NCBI GenBank assembly: GCA_963777155.1
Contig: CAVZPM010000038.1
Coordinates: 35,615 to 99,614, forward strand
Source of the DNA: Candidatus Bathyarchaeota archaeon
Lineage (GTDB): Archaea; Thermoproteota; Bathyarchaeia; Bathyarchaeales; Bathycorpusculaceae
Direction of reading: 5' to 3'
Length of the DNA stretch: 64,000 nt
The position numbers and the translations under genes are program-made. The notes under the pieces are model-generated. The model worked only from the letters and a program-made list of their open reading frames with translations, made no database searches and was not told the origin of the DNA. Positions 28,708-38,600 of this stretch are shown in pieces (position 1 is the stretch's first letter; each line of letters begins with the position of its first letter).

Positions 28708-29406
28708 TTAGCGTGCCCTTGCATTGCGTACTTTGGGTTCAAGCAGCGTCCAGAGCCATTCAGTGAATTCTTGCATGTTCTTAGTTTGAATGTGGACGTC
28801 ACCGGGTCCCGTGATTTGGGTAACTAAGCCTTCGCCGCTAAGCAGGGTTTCTTTTAATCCACCCAATCTTGTGACTTTGTAACTGCAAGATTCGCTAAAA
28901 CCTACGAGATGAAAGTTGTCAACGATCAAGGTTTGCCCTGGTCTAAGGGTATGAGTGTCGATAGCACCAAACGTATTGATGAACATCTGTCCGCTGCCTA
29001 TGGCTTTAAGCATAAACAAACCTTGCCCAAACAAGCCTTTGGTGAATCCTTCCCACTTAACATCCAAATCAATACCCGATGTAGATGCCACGTAAGCAGA
29101 TTTCTGGATGACATAGCCACTGCCAGGGGCAATATCCAATTGCTTGATGTCACCCACTGGCGCCGCAACAAATGCTACTTCTGCTGGACCGCTTGTGGCG
29201 GTGTAGTCGTTGACCCAAAACGATTGCCCACCGATTAGGCTCAAGCCTAACGTTCCAAGAAGACTTTTTTCTCGTTTACGTGTGTGGACTTCGATGGCTG
29301 GGTCCATGTAAGTCATAGCGCCTGATTCAGCGGTGATTGTTTCACCTTGCTCAAGCGTAGCAACTAACATCGCGTATGAAGGTTTATACTTAACTTCAAA
29401 CTTCAA
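28708..29406 (-). CDS. TIGR00266 / AIM24 family protein
   Basis: ITAESGAMTYM, GGQSFWVN, FGQGLFML and LLSGEGLV motifs. Confidence 0.88.
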   Translation of the reverse strand: MKFEVKYKPSYAMLVATLEQGETITAESGAMTYMDPAIEVHTRKREKSLLGTLGLSLIGGQSFWVNDYTATSGPAEVAFVAAPVGDIKQLDIAPGSGYVIQKSAYVASTSGIDLDVKWEGFTKGLFGQGLFMLKAIGSGQMFINTFGAIDTHTLRPGQTLIVDNFHLVGFSESCSYKVTRLGGLKETLLSGEGLVTQITGPGDVHIQTKNMQEFTEWLWTLLEPKVRNARAR

Positions 29407-29501
29407 GTTATTCTTCTCCTAACATGCGTTACTTATAAAAGACGGTTACGTAGACCTTCTTAATAAAAATTTAAAGCTTCAAAGCCTAATAGGGTCAGCA
29501 A

Positions 29502-30194
29502 ATGGAAACCTCTGTCGTAGTAATCTTAAAGAAGACTTTCAGTTTAGCATTAGTCTTCAACGCACTCATAACAATAGCTGCCGTTGCAGGAATCATATTT
29601 GGCTACTACAGGTCTTATCCATACTGGCAGCCTTATACGCCATGGTTAATCAACGGCAACCTATTTTGGTTTGCAATCGCAGCCGCAATAATCAACATCT
29701 TCCCGAGCGCAGCCATCGGCAGAGCCTTGCACACAGGGCGTTTCCTGTTTCACCACTACGTTTACGGCTTCTTTGTATTGATTTCCTCTTCAGCGTTTAT
29801 CACCGTCTTTACGCCTATTCCGTTACCTAGCCTGTTTCTTGTGGAATCTAACAGTGTAGCGGTCAATGCTGGACGAGTCTTTGAGTTAGCGGGTTTAACC
29901 TTGCTATTGGATGATTTGCCTGATGTCAGTAAGAAGGTTGAAAGAGGTTTAAACTGGATTAAGACAAAGGCGTACAAAGTGCGAAAGAGCCTCCATGTTT
30001 TTCAATTCGCCACTGGTTGTTTTGCCTTCTACTGCGGCTTTTCCATTCTACTCGATACAATTGGAAATAGCGATCGTGCTCTGCCGAACTCTTTTGCTAT
30101 CGTCAGCCTGCTGTTAACTGGCGTTACTTCTTTTGCTTGTGTAAAGAGAAAATCGTGGCTTAAGATTACACCGCCTCAGTCAGAACAACTTTAG
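29502..30194 (+). CDS. Hypothetical multi-TM membrane protein
   Basis: Five to six hydrophobic helices and an FLFHHYVYG motif. No family recognised. Confidence 0.75.
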   Translation: METSVVVILKKTFSLALVFNALITIAAVAGIIFGYYRSYPYWQPYTPWLINGNLFWFAIAAAIINIFPSAAIGRALHTGRFLFHHYVYGFFVLISSSAFITVFTPIPLPSLFLVESNSVAVNAGRVFELAGLTLLLDDLPDVSKKVERGLNWIKTKAYKVRKSLHVFQFATGCFAFYCGFSILLDTIGNSDRALPNSFAIVSLLLTGVTSFACVKRKSWLKITPPQSEQL

Positions 30195-30907
30195 CCTTTT
30201 TGGTTGATGATTTCTTTTCCGATGGCTTCAAGCTGTTCCCGTGAAAAATTAGATGAACTCCTGTATGTTGTGAGGTGTATTAGCAGTTGGGGAAGTCTCA
30301 GGACAGTCACGGTCGGGTTATTGATTTTGATTGAAGCATGCTTGTTTGTGAACACTACAACCCCTTCAACCCAGACGCTTAATTGTCTTAGGTTGGGTGA
30401 ATTCTGGATCAATTGTTGGATTTTTTGCAGCGTTCCGCTTTACCCGCCGGCTTGGGCTACCTGAAAAATTTCGTTTGCCTGCTCTCTGCCATTCGTCGCC
30501 GTTGCAGACGATATTGCCGCTCCAGTTCTTTGTCTCTAAAACGAAAACACCGCTGGGCCCTAAAACGATGTGGTCTATATCTCCGCCGCCGTCGCGCAGG
30601 TACAAGTCGTTTAAAAGATAATAATCGTCATTCAATGCGTGGGTTAAGAGTTTTGCGACTTGTTTTTCGCCTTGCCAGCCGCCATTATAGATACGGTATT
30701 TGCGAAGGAAAAAAAGAAAACACCCAAGGGAAAAAGCAAGAAAACGAGTCCTACTTCCTCTAAAATCCCAATTTGAAAGGTTGATAAAACTCTATAGATC
30801 AAGATTGCGAAGGCAGCTGCAAACACGAAAGCACTGAGGGCTGCTTTGGAAAGGTTTTTTCGAACCTGATTCTTTAGGTAGTTGCTTGAACCTTTGAGTT
30901 TTCGCAT
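30191..30907 (-). CDS. Membrane-anchored NERD (PD-(D/E)XK-like) domain protein, two frameshifts
   Basis: N-terminal two TM helices (30644..30970), then G.QGEK.V, LLNDLYL..GDIDHIVLGPSGVFVLETKNW (30366..30635), then GVVVFTN..LRLPQL (30191..30412). Confidence 0.75.
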
Positions 30908-31085
30908 ATAATCAATTCTTTGGCATGTAACTATATTACCATATGGCAATCTAGCCGTAACTTGCATCACGATAATAAACCTAATAATAGCTGCATACGT
31001 CGCAGTGTTAACAGTGCTGCTAATCTATAAAGCCAAAAACAAAGAAGAAAAACAGAAAGGAGTCTCAAAAAGAGACTAAAATGGC

Positions 31086-32510
31086 TTATTTTTTGTTTGT
31101 TAGGTATTCGTGCATGGCTTTGGCTGCGCGTTTACCTGCACCCATTGCGCTAATGACTGTGGCTGCGCCTGTTGCAACGTCTCCGCCTGCGTAAACTCCA
31201 TCTAAGCTGGTTTTACCAACTTCGTTGACGCATATGGTACCGTGTTTTGCATCGCTTTGGAGACCGTCTGTGGTACGTTGGATAATTGGGTTCGGTGTTT
31301 GTCCGATAGCGATTATGACTGTATCGACATCCATCGTAAATTCTGAGCCTGGAACTGTTTTGACACCTCGTCTGCCTTTTGCGTCTGGCTCCGTGAGTTC
31401 CATTGCGATGACTTTCATGCTTTTAACCCATCCTTTTTCGTCGCCGTAGAATTCTACTGGCGCCGCAAGGAATTTACAGACTAATCCTTCTTCCTCAGCA
31501 TTCTCGATTTCTTCATGCCTTGCAGGTAGTTCATCACGCGAACGTCTGTAGAGTAAACATACTTCAGATCCAAGACGCATGCTACTTCTTGCGCAGTCCA
31601 TAGCTACGTTTCCGCCACCGATCACAACTACGTGTTTGCCGATGCGTATTGGTGTATCGTATTCTGGGAACAGGTAGGCTTTCATGAGGTTAACGCGGAT
31701 GAGGAATTCGTTGGCCGAGTAGATTCCGCCAAGGTTCTCTCCCTTACAACCAGTGAACTGTGGTAAGCCTGCACCGCTTCCGATGAAAACTGCCTCGTAA
31801 CCGTTCTTCATCAGCTCAGGTATTGTGTGGATTCTACCGACCAAGTTGCCAAGACGCAAGTCAACACCAAGTTTCTGGACATAGTTGACTTCGTTTTGAA
31901 CGATGGCTTTGGGCAGACGGAACTCTGGAATACCGTACATAAGCACTCCACCGCCTACATGCAACGCCTCAAACATGGTGATTTCGTGGCCAAGCTTAAC
32001 GAGGTCGGCTGCAACGGTTAGTCCCGCTGGACCTGCACCGATAACTGCTACTTTTTTGCCTGTTGCCGGAGCTGTTGGTGGAAGTTGAGAACCATTGTCT
32101 CGTTCCCAATCTGCTAGAAAACGTTCTAAACGTCCGATGCTTACGGGTTCACCCATCTTACCAATGACACATTTTGCTTGGCATTGTACTTCTTGGGGGC
32201 AGACACGTCCGCAAACGGCTGGCAACGCGTTTTTTGCTTTAATGGCAGCTATGCCTTCGGCATACTTCTTTTCTCTGATGCATTTGATGAATGTTGGAAT
32301 TGGAACTTCCACTGGACATCCGTTCCGACATTGAGGATTGGGACAGCAAAGGCATCTGCTTGCTTCTTCTTGGGCTTCTGCTTCAGTGTATCCCAAAGCG
32401 ACTTCACTGAAATTTTTGGCGCGAACCTTAGGCTCTTGTTTTGCCATTTCTACGGCTTTCTTGTTTAACTTTGGTTTAGGCTTTGTTTCTGCCACACTTA
32501 CAACCTCCAC
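31086..32510 (-). CDS. nfnB: NfnB/SudA-type large subunit (NADPH-dependent glutamate synthase beta-like)
   Basis: NFSEVALG..EASRCLCCPNPQCRNGCP, GRVCPQE.QC..C, GAGPAGL, GGGNVAMD and AGGDVATG motifs. Confidence 0.9.
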   Translation of the reverse strand: MEVVSVAETKPKPKLNKKAVEMAKQEPKVRAKNFSEVALGYTEAEAQEEASRCLCCPNPQCRNGCPVEVPIPTFIKCIREKKYAEGIAAIKAKNALPAVCGRVCPQEVQCQAKCVIGKMGEPVSIGRLERFLADWERDNGSQLPPTAPATGKKVAVIGAGPAGLTVAADLVKLGHEITMFEALHVGGGVLMYGIPEFRLPKAIVQNEVNYVQKLGVDLRLGNLVGRIHTIPELMKNGYEAVFIGSGAGLPQFTGCKGENLGGIYSANEFLIRVNLMKAYLFPEYDTPIRIGKHVVVIGGGNVAMDCARSSMRLGSEVCLLYRRSRDELPARHEEIENAEEEGLVCKFLAAPVEFYGDEKGWVKSMKVIAMELTEPDAKGRRGVKTVPGSEFTMDVDTVIIAIGQTPNPIIQRTTDGLQSDAKHGTICVNEVGKTSLDGVYAGGDVATGAATVISAMGAGKRAAKAMHEYLTNKK

Positions 32511-33321
32511 TCATTTCTGACAATACTGAACTCAACCTTTCTTCAGGAAGCATCGTTCGTTGACGCAGTATTAACTCGTCAAAATCTGTTTTGTGACCGT
32601 CAAATTCTGGTCCATCCACACAACCGAACATCATTTTGCCATCAACTGTAACTCGGCATACCCCGCACATACCCATCCCATCAATCATTATGGGCGTAAG
32701 TGTTACGATTGTAGGTATGTTGTAGGGCTTGGTTATTTCGCTGATGTCCTTCATAAGAATAACTGGACCCATGACTACACAACGATCAAACTTTTCTGTC
32801 TTAAGCAATTCTTTCAGGAAATCTAAGCCTTTGTAGCCTTTTGACCCATCGTCGGTTGCAACGTAGACTTTTTCACTGAGCGCTTTAGCCTCGTTCTCCA
32901 TCATAACGAATTCTTTGGTTCGGGCACCTAAAACTGTAGTTACTTTGTTCCCTGCTTCCTTCATAGCTTTAGCCTGTAATAGCAATGGCGCAATCATTAC
33001 GCTTCCGCCCACACAGAGTACCTTGCCAAAGTTTTTGACTTCTGATGGGTTGCCCAGCGGACCAGTAACATTGTCTATACATTCTCCTTGATTCAGCAAG
33101 CCCAAGTTTTTCGTGGTTTTGCCGACTTCATGGAAAGCAAAGGAAACCGTGCCCTTCACTGTGTCATATCCACAGATTGTTAAGGGTATACGTTCACCTG
33201 TTTTTCCATGAATTACTATTAGAAATTGACCAGCGTGCGATTGAACAGCAACGTCTGGTGCCTCAACTTCAAAGAGTTTGATCTTGGGAACTAATTCTTT
33301 TTTCGATACTATTTTGTACGT
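32476..33321 (-). CDS. nfnA: NfnA/SudB-type small subunit (FAD, [2Fe-2S]), apparent ACG start
   Basis: The frame is open 54 codons upstream of the track start: (T)YKIVSKKEL..EVEAPDVA..AGQFLIV..GERIPLTI. C-terminal IMIDGMGMCGVCRV..GCVDGPEFDGH. Confidence 0.88.
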   Translation of the reverse strand, partial: TYKIVSKKELVPKIKLFEVEAPDVAVQSHAGQFLIVIHGKTGERIPLTICGYDTVKGTVSFAFHEVGKTTKNLGLLNQGECIDNVTGPLGNPSEVKNFGKVLCVGGSVMIAPLLLQAKAMKEAGNKVTTVLGARTKEFVMMENEAKALSEKVYVATDDGSKGYKGLDFLKELLKTEKFDRCVVMGPVILMKDISEITKPYNIPTIVTLTPIMIDGMGMCGVCRVTVDGKMMFGCVDGPEFDGHKTDFDELILRQRTMLPEERLSSVLSEMSGGCKCGRNKA

Positions 33322-34535
33322 TTTGCAGTCGCCTCCACAGCTACTTCACGTTTGGGTAAAGCACATATTTTCTTATAGAATTCATCGAGTTTTGTTTCGA
33401 AGTCGCCAGCGCATCTGGGTGATTCCTCGTAGAGTTCAAATCTATCAATCAAACCCAGCTTTTTAAGTGAAACTTGCAATGCAGCCACGTTGCGTTCTGC
33501 TGCGCTTCTTCCTTCTTGAAGTTTACAGTCCTTTGAGGAGCAAACCACACCCATGACGCCGTCGAAGCCACAGTTTAACGCGTTTATGATGTGGACAGGG
33601 TCGAGGGATTTAAAGCATGGAACTTCAAGAGCTAAGACATTTTTACCTTCGAACGCTTTATTCGGGTTATCTAATGCCGAAAACTCGGACCATTGACAGA
33701 CGAATGCAAGAACTGCGGGTCCTTTGTTTTTTGCTTTTAATTGTGCGAGCGATTTGCCGTAGCGGTCAACTACGTCTTCGAACTCGAAGCCTTTCACCTG
33801 TATGGCATGGTGAGGACAAACCAGTTGGCATGCGCCGCAGCCAGTACATTTTTCTTCATTCACTTTTGGAGTTGCAAACGATTCAAACTCAAGTGCACCG
33901 TATGGACAGATAAAGATACATTTGTCACATCCCACACAAGCTTGCACATCGTAAACGGCTTTGCGAGAAAATTTTATGACTTTGACCGCGTTCTCGTCGT
34001 ACCCTAATTGTTTCAAAACATTTTTCGCTAAAACGAGTCGCCGAGTGTTAATTTTTGTGCCTTCTTTATAGCGGCAGAATGGGTCTTCACATTGAATCGA
34101 AACAATGTTTTTTACACCAGAGTTTAAAGCATCAAAAACAAAGTCTGTTGGAACTCTTCCTGCACAGGGCAAACGCAACGCCATGTAGTTGTCAACCTTC
34201 AACCCTTGCGCTTTAAGGATGTCTTGAACTTCACCTGTTGAAGGTGAGTTTCCTCGGCACATTAAAACAAGGGTTTCAGCTGCAGTTTTGGACTTTTCTT
34301 GGGCCTTTTTAAGGTAGTCAGAAAGTTTGTCATAGGTGTAATATTGCATTTTTATGGCTGCAGATGGACAAGCACTGTAGCATATTCCACAAACTTGGCA
34401 GTCCTGGCTGTTGACTTCAACTTTGCCCGTTGAATCCGCTTTTATAGCTTCATACGGACAGATAGATTTGCAGACGTAACATCGACTGCATAGGTCTTGA
34501 TCGATTTCCACTACAGCAAGACATTTTTCACTCAT
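33309..34535 (-). CDS. Tandem ferredoxin-MvhD(FlpD)-ferredoxin-MvhD fusion protein
   Basis: Four CxxCxxCxxxCP motifs in two pairs. Each pair is followed by an MvhD-like domain with four Cys (MCRG/LPCAGRV/QCEDPFCRY and VCQW/VPCFK/VCSSKDCKL). Confidence 0.82.
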   Translation of the reverse strand: MSEKCLAVVEIDQDLCSRCYVCKSICPYEAIKADSTGKVEVNSQDCQVCGICYSACPSAAIKMQYYTYDKLSDYLKKAQEKSKTAAETLVLMCRGNSPSTGEVQDILKAQGLKVDNYMALRLPCAGRVPTDFVFDALNSGVKNIVSIQCEDPFCRYKEGTKINTRRLVLAKNVLKQLGYDENAVKVIKFSRKAVYDVQACVGCDKCIFICPYGALEFESFATPKVNEEKCTGCGACQLVCPHHAIQVKGFEFEDVVDRYGKSLAQLKAKNKGPAVLAFVCQWSEFSALDNPNKAFEGKNVLALEVPCFKSLDPVHIINALNCGFDGVMGVVCSSKDCKLQEGRSAAERNVAALQVSLKKLGLIDRFELYEESPRCAGDFETKLDEFYKKICALPKREVAVEATAKRTK

Positions 34536-34638
34536 TTGTAAACCTCATTTCACTCGTTTTAAACCTAATATCGCTTTGGCAGAGCTTAAGCTGATTGAAA
34601 ACATGAAAAGAGTTTAAGAATATTATAATCCTTTCTCT

Positions 34639-35571
34639 CTATTTTCTGTAATATGGTCGTCTAATGTAACTGTAAGCTTCCAAAGCCGCAGTTATGCCTT
34701 GACCCACAGCAGTACCCACCTGCTTTATCGGTTGATCTGTAACGTCACCTGCCGCGAACACTCCAGGCAAGTTGGTTTCCTGCCGTACGTTGACTTTGAT
34801 GTAGCCATGCTCGTTTATGTCTACACCTGCAGTTTTAGCAAGTTGGCTGTTTGGCGCCTCTCCAATCTGAACAAAAACTGCGTCAACAGCTACCTCGTTT
34901 GTTTCTTTAGTCATGTTATCGAATAATGTTACTGTTCTGACTTGTTTGTCTCCTTTGATTTCTTGGATTTCGGTGTTCCACATTATGCTGACGTTACTTT
35001 TTGTCGAAATATCCGAAACCAAACTCGCTTCTGCACGGAAGGCTTCCCGCCTGTGGATAACAAAAACCTGAGACGCCAAACCTGAAAGATAAAGTGTTGT
35101 GACACATGCGGTGTTTCCTCCGCCAACAACAAGGACTCGTTTGCCCTTAAAGAATGGCCCATCGCATACTCCACAATAACTTACTCCTTTGCCTTTGAAT
35201 TCGGTTTCGCCTTTAACGCCAAGCTCCCTATAATGTGAGCCTGTGGAGTAGATGACGGCTTTGGTTTGGTATGCGGCGCTGGAGGTCTTCACGGTCTTTG
35301 CTTCGCCTGCGAGATCAAGTCCAGTAACAGGTTCAATGTCATGGATAGTTGCCCCCACTGTTCTAGCATGGGATGTCATTTTTTCCGAGAGTTCGCCACC
35401 GCTTATCTCAGCAAAACCAGGGTAATTAACGACTTTTGAAGCGTCAGAGATTGCGCCGCCAGCAAATTTTTCGTCTAAGATAAGTGTCTTCAAGCCACTT
35501 CGAACTGCGTAAATGCCAGCCGCTAAACCAGCAGAGCCAGCGCCAATAATTATAACATCCCAGTTCTCCAT
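34639..35571 (-). CDS. trxB: Thioredoxin-disulfide reductase
   Basis: GAGSAGLAAG, GVSYCGVCDGPFFKGK, GGGNTA, HRREAFRA and FAAGD motifs. Likely start is ATG 35571. Confidence 0.93.
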   Translation of the reverse strand: MENWDVIIIGAGSAGLAAGIYAVRSGLKTLILDEKFAGGAISDASKVVNYPGFAEISGGELSEKMTSHARTVGATIHDIEPVTGLDLAGEAKTVKTSSAAYQTKAVIYSTGSHYRELGVKGETEFKGKGVSYCGVCDGPFFKGKRVLVVGGGNTACVTTLYLSGLASQVFVIHRREAFRAEASLVSDISTKSNVSIMWNTEIQEIKGDKQVRTVTLFDNMTKETNEVAVDAVFVQIGEAPNSQLAKTAGVDINEHGYIKVNVRQETNLPGVFAAGDVTDQPIKQVGTAVGQGITAALEAYSYIRRPYYRK

Positions 35572-35690
35572 AATATACAACTCTTTACGGTAAATACTGA
35601 GCATGACAGGTTATAAAATTGTTCGATTTGCCTGAACTCCAATAAACTGATAAGTACCTATTGATTTAGTTTCTAATAGCTTTTTGAGGT

Positions 35691-37457
35691 TTGATTATGG
35701 CGAAATACAGGTGCACAGTCTGCAACTACGTTTATGACGATGCGAAAGAAAAAGTGAATTTTGCTGATTTACCAAAAGAATGGGTATGTCCGGTTTGCGG
35801 AGCGCCCAAGTCAGTCTTTGTGCTTCTTGCGGAGAAATCCGAGGAGAAAAAAGTAATTGACCATACGGTTTCTGAAGTTCTGATTAACCAAATTGCTGCT
35901 TGGGGTGTGCAGTACGTTTTCGGTATTCCCGGAACATCAACATTGGGTATTGTGGATGCCATACGCAAAACTAACGGCAAAGTCAGGTATATACAGGTGC
36001 GCCATGAAGAAACTGCGGCGTTTATGGCTTCAGCTTACGGCAAGTTAACTGGGCATGTTGCGGCTTGCCTCGGAATTTCTGGTCCAGGGGCAACCAACCT
36101 TGTGACTGGCCTGTACGATGCGCAACTGGATCATTCCCCCGTTTTAGCCTTGACAGGCATGGTTGCTCGCAAACAGATAGGCCAAGGCGCAATACAAGAA
36201 ATTGACCATCAAGCATTCTTTGAGCCCTTAACAGTCTACAACAAAACTCTGATGACAGAAGAACAAACCACAAGCATCACAACTTTGGCGATTAAACATG
36301 CACTTCTAGATCAAGGTGTGGCGCACATCGGAATTCCCAACGATGTCCAAAAGTTGCCATATAAAGCTGAGATTTTGCCGTTTGAGGGCAGAATGCCTAA
36401 CATGGCGTATGGGCAGGAAGAGGGGGTGATCGAGAAGGCAGCAAAAGTTATCGATTCAGCGAGTAGACCGGTAATTTTAGTAGGGTTTGGCGCAAGAGGA
36501 CAAGGTAACAAACTGTTGAAGCTCGCGTCGAAGATTGGTGCGCCAATTATGGCTACTTTTAGGGCCAAAGGTGTCGTTGACGAAAACGAGACGCTCTATG
36601 TTGGTTGTCATGGCGGTGTAGGTTCAACTGCGGCAGGTGAACTCATGACAAAATCAGATTTGCTCATTGCGATTGGCTCGTCGTTTTCGGATTTGTCGCT
36701 GATACCTCAGAAACGTACGGTGCAAATTGACATTAATCCATTGATGATTGCCCGTAGGTACCCAGTTGAAGTCGCCTTGCTGGGCAACAGCGCCGTTCTG
36801 ATTCCGAAACTGACAGAGAACGTCGCACAAAAACAAAACACAGATTACTTAAATGAAGTTGCAAGATTAAAACAAGCTTGGGCGGAACAACTAGAAAAAG
36901 AAACAAACCCAACCACCAAGCCAATCAGACCACAATACATAATGAAGGTATTAAACCAAAAAATCGCCGATAATGCAGTCATTTCGCTAGATGTTGGCGA
37001 GAACTGCTGGTGGTTTGGTAGAAACTTCCGCATGAAGAAAACGCAAAAAATGGTCATGAGCGGCGGTTTAGCGACAATGGGCTTTGGTTTGCCAGGAGCA
37101 TTGGCTGCAGCGCTGGCTTACCCTGAAAGGCAGATTGTGTGTTTAACAGGCGATGGCGGCTTAACTATGGTTTTAGGCGACTTCTTAACTGCCCTCAAAT
37201 ATAATTTGCCAATCAAAGTGTTTGTAATAAACAACAAGCGGCTTGGAATGATTATGCAAGAGCAGAAAGTAGAGGGCTACGAGAGTTGGCAAACTGACTT
37301 ATTCGATTACAGCTTCGCTGACTTCGCTGAACATTCGGGGGGCATGGGTATCAAAGTCACTGAGCCAAGTGAGCTTGAGGCAGCAGTTGACAAAGCACTC
37401 AAATCTACTAAAGCCACAATCGTTGACATAGATACTGACCCGAGAAGGTTTCTGTGA
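35691..37457 (+). CDS. Rubredoxin fused to a pyruvate oxidase-like ThDP/FAD enzyme
   Basis: N-terminal [21 protein letters not shown], then [21 protein letters not shown] and [15 protein letters not shown] motifs. Confidence 0.88.
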   Translation: MIMAKYRCTVCNYVYDDAKEKVNFADLPKEWVCPVCGAPKSVFVLLAEKSEEKKVIDHTVSEVLINQIAAWGVQYVFGIPGTSTLGIVDAIRKTNGKVRYIQVRHEETAAFMASAYGKLTGHVAACLGISGPGATNLVTGLYDAQLDHSPVLALTGMVARKQIGQGAIQEIDHQAFFEPLTVYNKTLMTEEQTTSITTLAIKHALLDQGVAHIGIPNDVQKLPYKAEILPFEGRMPNMAYGQEEGVIEKAAKVIDSASRPVILVGFGARGQGNKLLKLASKIGAPIMATFRAKGVVDENETLYVGCHGGVGSTAAGELMTKSDLLIAIGSSFSDLSLIPQKRTVQIDINPLMIARRYPVEVALLGNSAVLIPKLTENVAQKQNTDYLNEVARLKQAWAEQLEKETNPTTKPIRPQYIMKVLNQKIADNAVISLDVGENCWWFGRNFRMKKTQKMVMSGGLATMGFGLPGALAAALAYPERQIVCLTGDGGLTMVLGDFLTALKYNLPIKVFVINNKRLGMIMQEQKVEGYESWQTDLFDYSFADFAEHSGGMGIKVTEPSELEAAVDKALKSTKATIVDIDTDPRRFL

Positions 37458-37466
37458 GGTGAAAAT

Positions 37467-37880
37467 GTGAGTGAAAAACAAGGATTAACGCTTGCATTTG
37501 TAATTTCACTAGTCGGAGCGTTAATTGTTCTTATCTTTAGCTTGGCAAATTTGGTGTGGTTTGGTTCCAATGCGCCAAATTGGGGAGGATTTGGCGACTA
37601 CATGCGTAATATGATGGGTGGCTACCACAACTTCATGGGCAGCTATAGCAGCTCAACGGGTTTCTTCACGGCGATTTCAATTGTTAGCTTTGTTTGCGGA
37701 GTTATCATGCTAATGAGTGCGCTTGTTTTGAGGATTCATCCGCAGGAACATTTTCTGTGGGGAATAGTCATCGTTGTGTTTTCCGCCATAAGTTTCGTTG
37801 GCATGGGTGGATACTTTGTCGGTGCAACTTTCGGCATAGTTGGAGGAGTACTTGCCTTAACCTACAAACCACTAATATAG
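37467..37880 (+). CDS. Hypothetical 3-4 TM membrane protein
   Basis: Hydrophobic helices, a Met/Gly-rich loop (MRNMMGGYH) and GGYFVGATFGIVGGVL. Directly downstream of the rubredoxin fusion. Confidence 0.7.
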   Translation: MSEKQGLTLAFVISLVGALIVLIFSLANLVWFGSNAPNWGGFGDYMRNMMGGYHNFMGSYSSSTGFFTAISIVSFVCGVIMLMSALVLRIHPQEHFLWGIVIVVFSAISFVGMGGYFVGATFGIVGGVLALTYKPLI

Positions 37881-38339
37881 TTAAAGCGCCGAATCTCGCT
37901 AAAGGTGTGCCAATCTATTTGGTAGATTATCTGGAATGTTTGTTGTCTGAAAGAAGAAGAATTTTTTCGCAAGAGCGTTTTTTCTTCTTCTTTCATGTTA
38001 GACGTTGTTTTGATTTCTGATCATGCCTTTTCTGTGTTTGTTTAGTGGAAGAACAAAAACAACATAATTTCCAGAAATCGATCAGTTGTTGTTCTTTAAG
38101 CTTTAGTTTATACATAATTTGTGTGCAGAATGTGCGAAAAGGCTATGAAAGGTGAGCTTTTCTTGCGGTAGCTAACTGAGCCAGAAAGTAATAAATCTAA
38201 ATTATTAAATTGAAAATAGATAGACACAAAATAATGCATACCGCTCAGATTCAATATAGCAATGTACATAATCTGTTGAGGGATATTTGGAAAGCGCCAA
38301 GAAAAGAGGCTGCTTTTGGCTTTTTCCAAACCAAAAATG

Positions 38340-38600
38340 TTAACTTTTCGTCTTAGATATGGTTTTAATCGTTTTTTCCGCTGTTGACGCACTAAAGAGG
38401 AGATCGTCTATGGTCGCCGTGAAGGTGGCAAGTTTACAATCACAATCAATCTCGGTGATTACCTTGTTATTATCACGAGTTGTCTTCACTTTCAACCCAA
38501 TTGGGGTTTTAAAGTTGTCAGGTGAAACCGCTTCGGCAACCGCTTGCGCCGTTTTCTTATCTTTATACTCAAGCGTGACTGTTGCCTGCAAGTTTTTCAC
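38340..38600 (-). CDS. pcc1: KEOPS complex subunit Pcc1
   Basis: About 85 aa with the A.AV.PDN..P and ATIDDLL motifs, in the canonical position after the rps15-DHH pair. Confidence 0.8.
   Translation of the reverse strand: MKNLQATVTLEYKDKKTAQAVAEAVSPDNFKTPIGLKVKTTRDNNKVITEIDCDCKLATFTATIDDLLFSASTAEKTIKTISKTKS

Noticed and set aside
31086-32510. Glutamate synthase (GltD) function
   Set aside because: No GltB large subunit is adjacent, and the gene is paired with an NfnA/SudB-type subunit.
33309-34535. Evidence of a methanogen-type Mvh hydrogenase or Hdr complex in this window
   Set aside because: Only MvhD-like domains are present, with no NiFe large/small subunits or HdrABC.
38108-38392. 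ORF 38108..38392 as rps3ae or another real gene
   Set aside because: It has no S3Ae motifs, overlaps pcc1 out of frame and has AT-rich non-coding-like composition.
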